Positions 29,865 through 38,337 of a stretch of DNA of 64,000 bases are shown here, piece by piece. Position 1 is the stretch's first letter; every line of letters begins with the position of its first letter. The DNA lies in NCBI GenBank assembly GCA_963849375.1, contig CAWKHB010000003.1, positions 48,831 to 112,830 on the forward strand. The letters run 5' to 3'. The notes below the pieces were generated by a model that saw nothing but the letters and a program-made list of their open reading frames with translations, searched no databases and was not told the DNA's origin. The position numbers and the translations under genes were made by a program. Source of the stretch: an uncultured Verrucomicrobiae bacterium. GTDB lineage: Bacteria; Verrucomicrobiota; Verrucomicrobiia; Verrucomicrobiales; Akkermansiaceae.

Positions 29865-30250
29865 TCGACAATCTTAATTGAAAGGGTTGTAAATTAACTG
29901 ACCCTCCCTGAGGGGTTTGACCATGACACGCTCGCACCTCCACCAATAAGAGCGCCATTGGCCTGGAATCCGAGCCCTGTAATACCACTTCTTCCATAAT
30001 TCGATGCCGATGCAAATGTAAGGGTTGCTTCGTGACCTTCAATTTCCTTGCTCCAGCTTGCCCCGATCTGTAGAGCCCGACCAACCGTGTCGAAGCCGCC
30101 AGATGCGACACACCAAGGTCCGCATAGTAATTGGCTCATTCTCAGAAAGTGGACGATCATATCTAAACTCGTTGGCGTAATTTCTTGTAGTCACGACTTC
30201 AACGCTACGGCACTGGTAGGTCAAAGGTGCCGCAGCGTTGCTTTAGAAGT
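29861..30250 (-). pseudogene. Degenerate toxin C-terminal fragment
   Basis: Overlapping ORF pieces (30224, 30160) in different frames, ending ...FTTLSIKIVE* which overlaps the next ATG. Confidence 0.5.
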
Positions 30251-30292
30251 TCGAGAGAAATATCGCAATGCAACACGTCACCCGATAACCGA

Positions 30293-30688
30293 TTATCTTA
30301 TAATTGGGATCAGATTTGAACTATCTTTATATTTTAATACGTCTTTTTCATATTTTATTCCTAAATCACCACTGCCATTTATAGTATAGTCCTTATCTAT
30401 GAAATTGACTTTGTTTAAATCACCAATTTCAATTTGTCTTCCATTGATACTATTAAGTGTCTTATCTTGCCCAAATACTACTATGGATCCTGGCTTCTCA
30501 CGCCAAAGTATCACCCCTTCCGACTCATTGGTTGTTCTAAATTTTATGTAGTATAGATTATACACTGAATCTTCCAATCCTATCGATCCGGACTCACCCG
30601 CTTTGAAATCGTGCTTGTCATGATGACAACCAAAAATGCATGCTATCAAAGCAGACATCAGCCCATATAATACCATTTTCTTTTTCAA
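30293..30688 (-). CDS. Putative orphan immunity lipoprotein
   Basis: Lipobox-like IACIFGC, low GC; preceded by a ~42-codon startless frame ending LVTKGK* at ~30690. Confidence 0.6.
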   Translation of the reverse strand: MKKKMVLYGLMSALIACIFGCHHDKHDFKAGESGSIGLEDSVYNLYYIKFRTTNESEGVILWREKPGSIVVFGQDKTLNSINGRQIEIGDLNKVNFIDKDYTINGSGDLGIKYEKDVLKYKDSSNLIPIIR

Positions 30689-30897
30689 ATCATTTACCCT
30701 TGGTCACTAATTGCGAGCCGGTTTCAGCTGGCTTTCTTCCGCCAGTTCCGTTTATATTGATCTTCACCCTCATGTCAACAGTAGATCTCCAAATTGAACT
30801 ACATTTTCTGATTAATATCTATAATCCGACTTATCAATCTTTTGATGATCAAGAGATCCACCAAAATTTAGTCCCTTAAAAAAATGAAGTTACCAAT

Positions 30898-30940
30898 TAG
30901 CAATTGCAAATCCGAAGCAAATGTTGAAATGAGACACCTC
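30898..30940. repeat. ~43-bp junction repeat (other copy at ~32372-32413)
   Basis: tagcaattgcaaatccgaagcaaatgttgaaatgagacacct versus tagcaattccatatccgaaggaaatgttgaaatgagacacct. Confidence 0.8.
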
Positions 30941-31081
30941 ACCAAGAAGGAATAGTCGGTAAAACTCCGGCATGATACTGGGGAATTCTGATCGTTCATA
31001 GGTTAAAACTAAAATCTAGGTATCTACTAGCAAGACAGGCAGTGTTTTTGTAAGAAGTTTAACGATGGTAATTTATAGTGC

Positions 31082-31387
31082 TTAAACTTGATCCTTCTCT
31101 TTAGGTATACTGGTAGTACGCATCTCTATAAACGCGCGAACAGAACTATGGGTAGATAGAGAGATAGTAACCATAATTACTATGAAAACTATCCTCCAAG
31201 CCAACCAATCATAGGGATCAACAAAAATGCTAAAATCGCCCTCTATTGCTGACAAAACAAACAACACAAAACAAGAAATCAGAAAAAAATAAATAAATTT
31301 GAGTAGAAATCGGCAATTTTTGAACGCCCAAGCCGTAATCCACCCTATGAAGATAGATAATAGAATAACTTTTAAAAATGGATTCAT
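31082..31387 (-). CDS. Putative membrane immunity protein for toxin B
   Basis: 101 aa, about 3 TM, AT-rich; ATG directly abuts the toxin B stop. Confidence 0.7.
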   Translation of the reverse strand: MNPFLKVILLSIFIGWITAWAFKNCRFLLKFIYFFLISCFVLFVLSAIEGDFSIFVDPYDWLAWRIVFIVIMVTISLSTHSSVRAFIEMRTTSIPKEKDQV

Positions 31388-32206
31388 TTACTCACAACGT
31401 GGGTTCTCAATACCGGTATCAAAATTCTTCAAATCAATAATATCTAATCCGCCACCCAAATCGCTGAGATTTTGTTCGGCAAAGTTATAGTATTGTGTTC
31501 CATTTATATGATATTCGTATGACGGATATCCGTCATGATCTATTGCAAGACTTGCGGCTCCCTTGCCACCAGTCCTGAGAGTTAGCTTGATGTTGAATGA
31601 GTAGTCAATAGCTGCGGGGAAGGCTCGGCTAGCAGTTGATCCATCCATAGTCAGGTCAATGAAACAATCGGTTACGGAGTTCAGAGTACCGGTGAAATTA
31701 TCATTTCTACTGCCGACTGCGCCTAGGCCAGGTATATTCGTAACGCCAGTAGTATAACTATCTAGCGTAATGGACTTTGCGCCTGTATCGACTTCAACCA
31801 TATGAGTGGATTTCGTCCCGGCTTGCGCCCCTGCTCTTATCTCTGTAACCACTTTAAAGTTGACGACGATAAGACCCTGCCAGTCGATTTCAGCGGTTGG
31901 AACAGGGGCGTAGATGGAGCTGTTCGCCCCATCTGGAAATCCGCTTGGATCCTCAGAAGTCCACCGACTAATGCCGGATTTATAGTTCCGGTATTTGAAC
32001 GCATATTCGTCAATAGAAGCTAGGTATGGCCTTCCCGTGAAGAAGGCGGAATTCTCCGTTTCTTTGATCGTCTTAGAGGCAGCCTCCGCACGCATTGCTG
32101 CGAGCTGTTGCTCGTCCATGAAGGCCGGCTTCTTGCCGCTGATGGCGGCGTGAGAAGTTCCGGTGAGGATCGCCGCTAGGGTGAGGGTGGTTATGATTAT
32201 TCTCAT
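31388..32206 (-). CDS. Mini-Rhs toxin B: signal peptide + Rhs core C-half + variable toxin domain
   Basis: MRIIITTLTLAAILTGTSHA, FFTGRPY..YAFKYRNY...RWTSEDPSGFPDGAN...IDWQGL, then a unique ~160-aa tip containing HDGYPSYE. Confidence 0.85.
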   Translation of the reverse strand: MRIIITTLTLAAILTGTSHAAISGKKPAFMDEQQLAAMRAEAASKTIKETENSAFFTGRPYLASIDEYAFKYRNYKSGISRWTSEDPSGFPDGANSSIYAPVPTAEIDWQGLIVVNFKVVTEIRAGAQAGTKSTHMVEVDTGAKSITLDSYTTGVTNIPGLGAVGSRNDNFTGTLNSVTDCFIDLTMDGSTASRAFPAAIDYSFNIKLTLRTGGKGAASLAIDHDGYPSYEYHINGTQYYNFAEQNLSDLGGGLDIIDLKNFDTGIENPRCE

Positions 32207-32413
32207 TTATGTTTTGTTTGGAGAGTGGGAAGAAGTGCCGAGTGTTCGGTGATCAGGGGAAGATTCTTGACGAGTTTGCTAGTGTTCAGTTTTCAGGGAA
32301 GAGGCCACTGGGTGAGGCAGAGGTGGAGTAATTTGCTTCAAAAAAATTCGGATCGATCTAGATTTGGAGGATAGCAATTCCATATCCGAAGGAAATGTTG
32401 AAATGAGACACCT

Positions 32414-32578
32414 GACCCGGAGCCAGAAATTCCTGATCTTCCACCCCGCATTCCAGCAATGGAATAGAAACGGAAGAAGGAACGCGAAGATCACCGCAGC
32501 CTTGTTCTGATTGCCGGAGCCGACGCTGCAGCGCAACGTCTCCCCATTAAAATACTCAACGCTTTGCTCTGTGATCAT
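32414..32578 (-). pseudogene. 5' fragment of the O-antigen-ligase-like gene
   Basis: MITEQSVEYFNGETLR...NKAAVIFAFLLPFLF...WLRV is a diverged copy of the first 55 aa of 27207..25816. Confidence 0.85.
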
Positions 32579-32657
32579 AATTTAGAATCGCGGAGTGGCG
32601 AATTTCTTTCGCCACCCCCATCTTGAACCCCCGGGCAAAAGAAAATGTTATTTAGCC

Positions 32658-33032
32658 TTAGACGTACTCACAAATCCCTTCTGGAAATTCTGAAAGCCCA
32701 ATTTCGGCAATTCTCTGAACAGGAACCGAGAGGTAAAAAAACTTTTCGTCTTTACCAGGGAATTTCACAAAAGCGACATTCACATTCAATAATCCCTTCT
32801 TCAGTTCTCCAGGTGATCCAACCATTACTTCAAGATCCGCTTTAACGGATAATATTTCACCGATTGCATCTTTCACATAGGCGACCTTGTACACTGCTAG
32901 CACGGTACTCGCGCCAGCCTCTTCCAGTAATTTTTTTTCAAATTCTGTCGGCAATCCAAACCATTTCTGCAGTTCCAAGTCTTGCGAAGGCAACGGACAA
33001 ATTAAGGCAATCAGAATAATTAAAACCTTCAT
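32658..33032 (-). CDS. Putative immunity protein for toxin A (exported)
   Basis: 124 aa with a signal-peptide-like N-terminus; ATGA overlap with the toxin A stop. Confidence 0.7.
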   Translation of the reverse strand: MKVLIILIALICPLPSQDLELQKWFGLPTEFEKKLLEEAGASTVLAVYKVAYVKDAIGEILSVKADLEVMVGSPGELKKGLLNVNVAFVKFPGKDEKFFYLSVPVQRIAEIGLSEFPEGICEYV

Positions 33033-33898
33033 TCGAATAAGTGAGTGTTCTCGCCAAGAGCCCTGAGTACAAGGTTTGCGTCCAGTTTTGTCGCATTAAT
33101 TCCTAGCGGATTGGAGCCACCCATTATTGTGTTAAACCATCCTTGGTTAGGTGATTTTGAACCGTCAGGGTTTACCGTGTACATATCAGCCGCATCCATA
33201 AAATGACCGACTTCATGAACAACTACACCATCTCTTAGATTATCGACAAAAGTCCCTACCCTACCGCCACCAGAAACATTGGATACGACATTGGAATGGT
33301 TCGTCATTTCAACGACATTATCGTATTGCGCCAACGATGCCGCACGGTTGTAGGGTGCGGCTCCATGGAGTCCGATAGCAACGTTGGTTTTCAACTCCAG
33401 ACTTTCCCCGTTTGATTTGTCGGTTCCGGAGTAGGCCCAATCTCGTTCGATCGCCGCTTTCCAGCCTAAGACAGTGGCGGCTGTAACCTTGTTTAGCCTG
33501 TCATAAACGTAGATCGATAAGGAGATTGTATGAATTTGATTCTCGAAAGCCAGTGTAGCGCGAAGACCGTTCGGATCCAATTCACTGACGGGGTTTGGCG
33601 CGTAATAACTCCCGTTTGCTCCATCAGGAAACCCGCTCGGATCTTCCGATGTCCAACGCGCGATTCCAGGGCAGTAGCTCCGGTATTTGAATGCATAGCC
33701 ATCGCTGGCGGCGAGATAAGGCTTGCCGGTGAAGAAAGCGGGATTCCCTGCTTCTATTGATGCTGCGGACGAGGCACTGGCGCGCATCGCCGCGAGCTGT
33801 TGCTTGTCCATGAAGGCCGGCTTCTTGCCGCTGATGGCGGCGTGAGAAGTTCCGGTGAGGATTGCCGCTAGGGCAAGGGTAGTTATTGTTCTTTTCAT
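33029..33898 (-). CDS. Mini-Rhs toxin A: signal peptide + Rhs core C-half + zinc-metallopeptidase-like toxin
   Basis: Same N-terminus as toxin B, ...NPVSELDPNGL cleavage motif, tip with VVVHEVGHFMDAADMY...IMG. Confidence 0.85.
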   Translation of the reverse strand: MKRTITTLALAAILTGTSHAAISGKKPAFMDKQQLAAMRASASSAASIEAGNPAFFTGKPYLAASDGYAFKYRSYCPGIARWTSEDPSGFPDGANGSYYAPNPVSELDPNGLRATLAFENQIHTISLSIYVYDRLNKVTAATVLGWKAAIERDWAYSGTDKSNGESLELKTNVAIGLHGAAPYNRAASLAQYDNVVEMTNHSNVVSNVSGGGRVGTFVDNLRDGVVVHEVGHFMDAADMYTVNPDGSKSPNQGWFNTIMGGSNPLGINATKLDANLVLRALGENTHLFE

Positions 33899-34003
33899 TT
33901 TTGTTTTGTTTGGAGGGTGGGAAGAAGTGCCGAGTGATCGGTGATCAGGGGAAGACTCTGGAGGAGTTGGCTAGTGTTTAGTTTTCAGTGTTCAGGGAAG
34001 AGG

Positions 34004-37000
34004 TTATTGGGTGGGGCGCGTTGGTTCGTTGATCTGGGGTGTGGGTCTTGTGGGGGCCTCGGTGGTGGTTCCGTGGCTGACTCTGGCTTTGGGAAGGCCG
34101 AAGGAGCTGAGGTTGGTGAAACTGGTTCCGGAACTGTTCACAGTCCCCAAAGTGGTGCCTAACATGTCGTTGAGATGGTAGGTGATCTGATCTGGTTTCC
34201 CGACCGGGTGGGATGCAATGGGGACGCCTCCGCTTGGGTGCGGCTCGATGATGTAGATGGTGTCGTTGCGCTTGATGAGGGCCAGGCCGTCCCAAAGGAA
34301 GGTTTCCTTCTTCGGGATGGGGGAAGACTTGGGTTGTTGGGCGGCAGGATGACGCCCCTCCACGAGAGGCGATCTGGCCGTCGGGCCAGTATTTGTGGAT
34401 TGCGGTTCCACCATTGGGGAGCGGGGTTTCGATTACTTTATCCAGCCAGCCATATTTTGTTGGCTTTGCAGGATCAGTGCCCAAAAGGCGGCCTGCGATA
34501 TCGTAGTGGTGCTTGGTGGCAGTTTTCGCAGCGGCCTTGAGTTCTTCGTTTGTCTTGGGAAGGTTCTCTAGGACAGACGGATCAGTCGTAGCGAGGTCGT
34601 AGAGGGTATCCAGTTGGTTGGCAGCGTTGTAGGTCATCGCGGCAAGTTTTCCGTGGGCGAGCTTCGCGAGCATGTTCCCCGCAAGATCGTAGCGATAGGC
34701 TTCCACGAGCGCTCCGTCCGCTTTATCGGTAACACTGAGCAACTGCCCGGCGGCATCGTATCCGTAAACAAGCGTCCGCCCGTTCCATGAGCGGCTGGAA
34801 AGCTGGTCCGCCACGTCCCAATTGTAGGTGAGGACGAGCGGTGAGGTAAGTAGTCCGCCCTTGAACTCAGTCTTGCTCAGTCTGCCCGAGGAATCATATT
34901 TTAAGCTGGCAGTGAGGGGGGTGACGGCTTTGCCGATTTCGCCGAAGGTCTTGGTGATGGGTCTGCCGGCTTTGTCATGGGTGTAGGAAACTACGGCTAG
35001 GCCGTTCGAGTAGATCGCGGCGAGGTTGCCCAACTCATCGTAAACCGGTATCGGTCTGTTGGAATGGCTCGAAGGTCTGGGAATTTGGCGAGATACGCTT
35101 GGAAAGCAGGAGAGCTTCTCGCTGATCGCGCAGGTTGTAGCGGAACTGGAGCAGGTAGTCATCCTCCCCGTGGGTGGCCTGAACGGCATCGACGCGCCCG
35201 CCCTTGTCAAACTCGTATCGGAAAGCTGCCTCCGGGGTGAGGGCTGCACTCTGTCGCCCGTCTGAATCGTATTCGAAGATTACTTTCTCGCCCTTACCAT
35301 AGTCGAGCAAGGTGAGCTGTCCGTATTCATTGTGGGTCTGGCTGATTTTCTGAATCCCGTTCCCACGGAGAATCTGACGTCCGGTCTCTTCATCGTATTT
35401 CCATCGCTGCCTGCCGCCGATGGGGTTGGTTTGTTCTACTAGGTTGCTACGGTTGTCATATTTAAATTCGATACGGTTGCCGTTGCCATCGATCTGCGCT
35501 TTGCGGCGGTTGAGCGAATCATACTCGTAGGCGGTGACCGCTCCGTTTGGAGCGGTAATGGAGAGGAGATTGCCCATGCTGTCCCGCTCGATGGCGGTGA
35601 AGCGGCCTAGCCGTCCTTTTCTCCCGTTAGCGTGTTTGATGGCGTTCCGGATGAATTCCTTCGCCACAGCTCCATTGGTCTGAATCGCTTCCGGCAGACC
35701 GTTTTCACCATACTTCACCTCAGAAACATTACCCTCCGGTGAAAGAGTGGAAGCCGCTCTCCCGAACTCGTCGTAGGTCACCTCAGAGCGTCCGCGCGGA
35801 CCTCGGAGGCAATCATCCGGCCAAGTCCGTCGTATTCATAGGACAACTCATCCCCGGCGGAATTGCGGCACGGCCCGCAGATCTCCGCGTGGGGTGTAGG
35901 CGTACTCGTAACGCGGCCGAGGGAATCCTTGGCGATCGTGAGCTTGCCGTCCTTCATCATATTTGTATTGCGGCGATGACTTTGGAGCGCTTTCCTAGTG
36001 CCCTGCCGGATGCGGACGGGCTTTGGCTCCCAATCGCACTTTCTTGCGCGCGCTTTGGGATCATAATCGTAGAAACGTGATTTTTCCACGCGAGTCAATC
36101 CGCTCGGTGAGTAATCCGTACGTCTGTCGTAGCGGTATTCCTCAATGACCTTTTTCCCGAGAGTGACGCGTCTTAGCTTGCCATCATAACGTTGCCCGGG
36201 GGAGCGGTAATAATATTCCTTCCTCTCCATGCCGCCCTGCTTTGAGGTCATCACCCCGCGTTGAGCGGAGAAATCTGCCTTGGCCTCGCTCCCGTCCGTG
36301 GCGGTGATTGTAATAACGGAGGAATCCCATTCCTTGTTTCCCTTGCCTTTCCGTCCATAAACGTATGTTCCGAACAAATCCTTTTCGAGCCAATAATTTA
36401 GCGGATTGCGTTTCGCGGCGATCTTCTGCGCAGCATTCTGCTCCTTCGTCGGCTTCACATAAACGGTTTTAATGATTTCGATGTTATCAATTTCCTTTGT
36501 ATCACCCTTTCCAATGCCCTGCAAGACATCGGTGTCGGGATGATAACGGAACTTCATCGGCTCACCGGTTACTGGCTTCCACAGCGCTATTAATTCCTTG
36601 CTACCGCGCTGGTGGTATTTGAAAAACTGTTGCGTCTCTACCAGCTTCAGGGCGCTAAGGCAATCATTGGTATCATATACGGCAGAAAGAACAGGGATGC
36701 GGGTGTTTCCAGCTCCGTCGCGGAGCTGGATACCAAGGAGTAACTTCCGATCCCATTTAAACTCTAGGATGCGCATGCCTGGTGAGCGCACCTCCGTGAG
36801 GCGTCCCTTCGCATAGGTATATTGCCAGCCCTCTTGATTCCGAATGACTTGCCTCAATCTTGAAACTTTGGCCTTCCACTGTCCGTCACCACTGACGAAT
36901 TCATTCCCACGGTCACCCTCGCGAAAGTAGATCGTGTCATTGCCCGGCGTGCTCCAAACCATAAGCCCGCGTCCAAACGGGAGAAGTGTGGACTCAAGCT

Positions 37001-37040
37001 GCGGGCAGAACCACTGCGCCCCGAAGAGACCGAGACTTGG
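34004..37040 (-). pseudogene. YD/Rhs-repeat cage protein; 5'-truncated, multiply frameshifted, ending mid-core
   Basis: LFGAQW (DUF6531-like) start, many YD repeats across ORFs 36962, 35781, 35249 and 34414; ends YHLNDMLGT...LSSFG plus a Pro/Thr tail; reading frame is cut by the repeat at 37041. Confidence 0.8.
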
Positions 37041-37261
37041 TGTATGCGATAGATCAGTTGGAAAGATTGATTACTGCGTATCGAAATCATGAACTCAAAG
37101 AGAAGTTTTGAGCTGGAGTAATTGAGAACGAAAAAACCCTACTGGCAAAACCAGTAGGGTTAGTAGATCTCAAGTGAGATAGGAAAAGTCTAGCGACGGC
37201 GACGGCCAAGAAGAGCAAGGCCACCGAGAGCTATAAGAAGGGACGAAGATGGCTCTGGGAT
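37041..37261 (+). repeat. 221-bp direct repeat, right copy
   Basis: Matches 25469-25689 and contains a startless copy of the last ~23 fbp codons. Confidence 0.95.
37131..37161 (-). terminator. Terminator of the PEP-CTERM gene
   Basis: Same hairpin as 25559-25589. Confidence 0.8.
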
Positions 37262-37996
37262 TCCCTCGATCTGCAAGTTATCCATTCTGATGTTACCCAA
37301 AGTAGGACTATCGGTCGCCTCGGCACCAATAAAGTACATTCTGACTGAACTCACTGGCTCAGTAGTCGTGCCGGTTGTAGTATACGCGCCAGCACCGCTT
37401 CCAATTTGCAAGGACCAATCATTGCCTGCTAATCTAGTAAACCTCAAAGGAACTGCTAAGTTTTCAATACCAGCACCTTGAACACCAGTATTGATGAAGC
37501 CGCCAACGCCGGCTACTTCTAGTCCAACGTTGTTGGTGGAACCTAAGCGGAAGATTTCGATTAGATCGTCAGAATCGGGTGACGACTCAAGTCCGCCGTT
37601 ACCAGGATTTGGGGAAGTTCCAAATGCAATGCCGCCACCGTTGCCAGCTCCGGTTGGAAGTCTAAAGGTGAAAGAGAAAACATCACCCGCGACGAGAGGA
37701 GTGCTGAAAGACCGAGTAGCTTGCCCAAAACCGCTGGCAGAGTAGATATTGAAGTTCCTATCTGCGCTTGTGCCACCTGCGGTGAAGGCGGACCAGCTTG
37801 CTGCTGAGCTGAAGCTAGGTTGTGGATCCCAAGCACCGAAGCCAAAACCGCCGTTGTTGGAAGAGGTGATTGCAGTTCCGACAGTATATGGACTAGGTGC
37901 ATTGTTACCCGTATCCAAAGCGACGGTAATTGCGTGTGTAGAAGATACACAAAGAGAGGATGCTAGTAAGATACTAGGTAGATGTGTTTTTTTCAT
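37190..37996 (-). CDS. PEP-CTERM exosortase-target protein
   Basis: Signal peptide MKKTHL...STHA, Gly/Ser/Thr-rich body, IPEPSSSLLIALGGLALLGRRRR. Confidence 0.92.
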   Translation of the reverse strand: MKKTHLPSILLASSLCVSSTHAITVALDTGNNAPSPYTVGTAITSSNNGGFGFGAWDPQPSFSSAASWSAFTAGGTSADRNFNIYSASGFGQATRSFSTPLVAGDVFSFTFRLPTGAGNGGGIAFGTSPNPGNGGLESSPDSDDLIEIFRLGSTNNVGLEVAGVGGFINTGVQGAGIENLAVPLRFTRLAGNDWSLQIGSGAGAYTTTGTTTEPVSSVRMYFIGAEATDSPTLGNIRMDNLQIEGIPEPSSSLLIALGGLALLGRRRR

Positions 37997-38154
37997 ATTG
38001 TTTTGTGTTTCGATTGCGTGGACGGGAAGGTTTAGTAGACGGTGGACGAGTGAATTGAAAACACAAGGTTGTGTAAAGTGTAAATTTCGACATTGTTTTT
38101 CCACTTTCCGTTGGATGAAAGGGTGGATCGGACGGGCAGGGGTAGTGAAAGATA

Positions 38155-38231
38155 TGGTGCGCTCGACTGGATTCGAACCAGTGACCGTCCGCTTAGAAGG
38201 CGGATGCTCTATCCAGCTGAGCTACGAGCGC
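38155..38231 (-). tRNA. tRNA-Arg(TCT)
   Basis: Reverse complement GCGCTCGTAGCTCAGCTGGATAGAGCATCCGCCTTCTAAGCGGACGGTCACTGGTTCGAATCCAGTCGAGCGCACCA. Confidence 0.97.
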
Positions 38232-38337
38232 GTCTTGAAGGGGTGTTTGGGTATTCGAGTTTTGTGTGGAATGCAAGAAGATTGGTGGGGAGATGAGGTG
38301 TTTCCAAGCTGTGAACCCTAGCGAAAGCGGTTCTTAT

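Larger units (their letters stand above)
25690..37040 (-). mobile_element. Genomic island carrying a split Rhs polymorphic toxin locus
   Basis: Bounded by 221-bp direct repeats; composition shifts (C-rich plus strand at left, AT-rich centre); all genes on minus strand; no integrase seen. Confidence 0.75.

Noticed and set aside
33899-34003. Cage/payload split as another sequencing frameshift
   Set aside because: The gap is 105 bp, and it is followed by a signal peptide that is reproduced with the same leader at 32207-32300.
38155-38231. tRNA-Arg as the attB site of the island
   Set aside because: I found no duplicated tRNA 3' end and no integrase; the island borders are the fbp/PEP-CTERM repeat.
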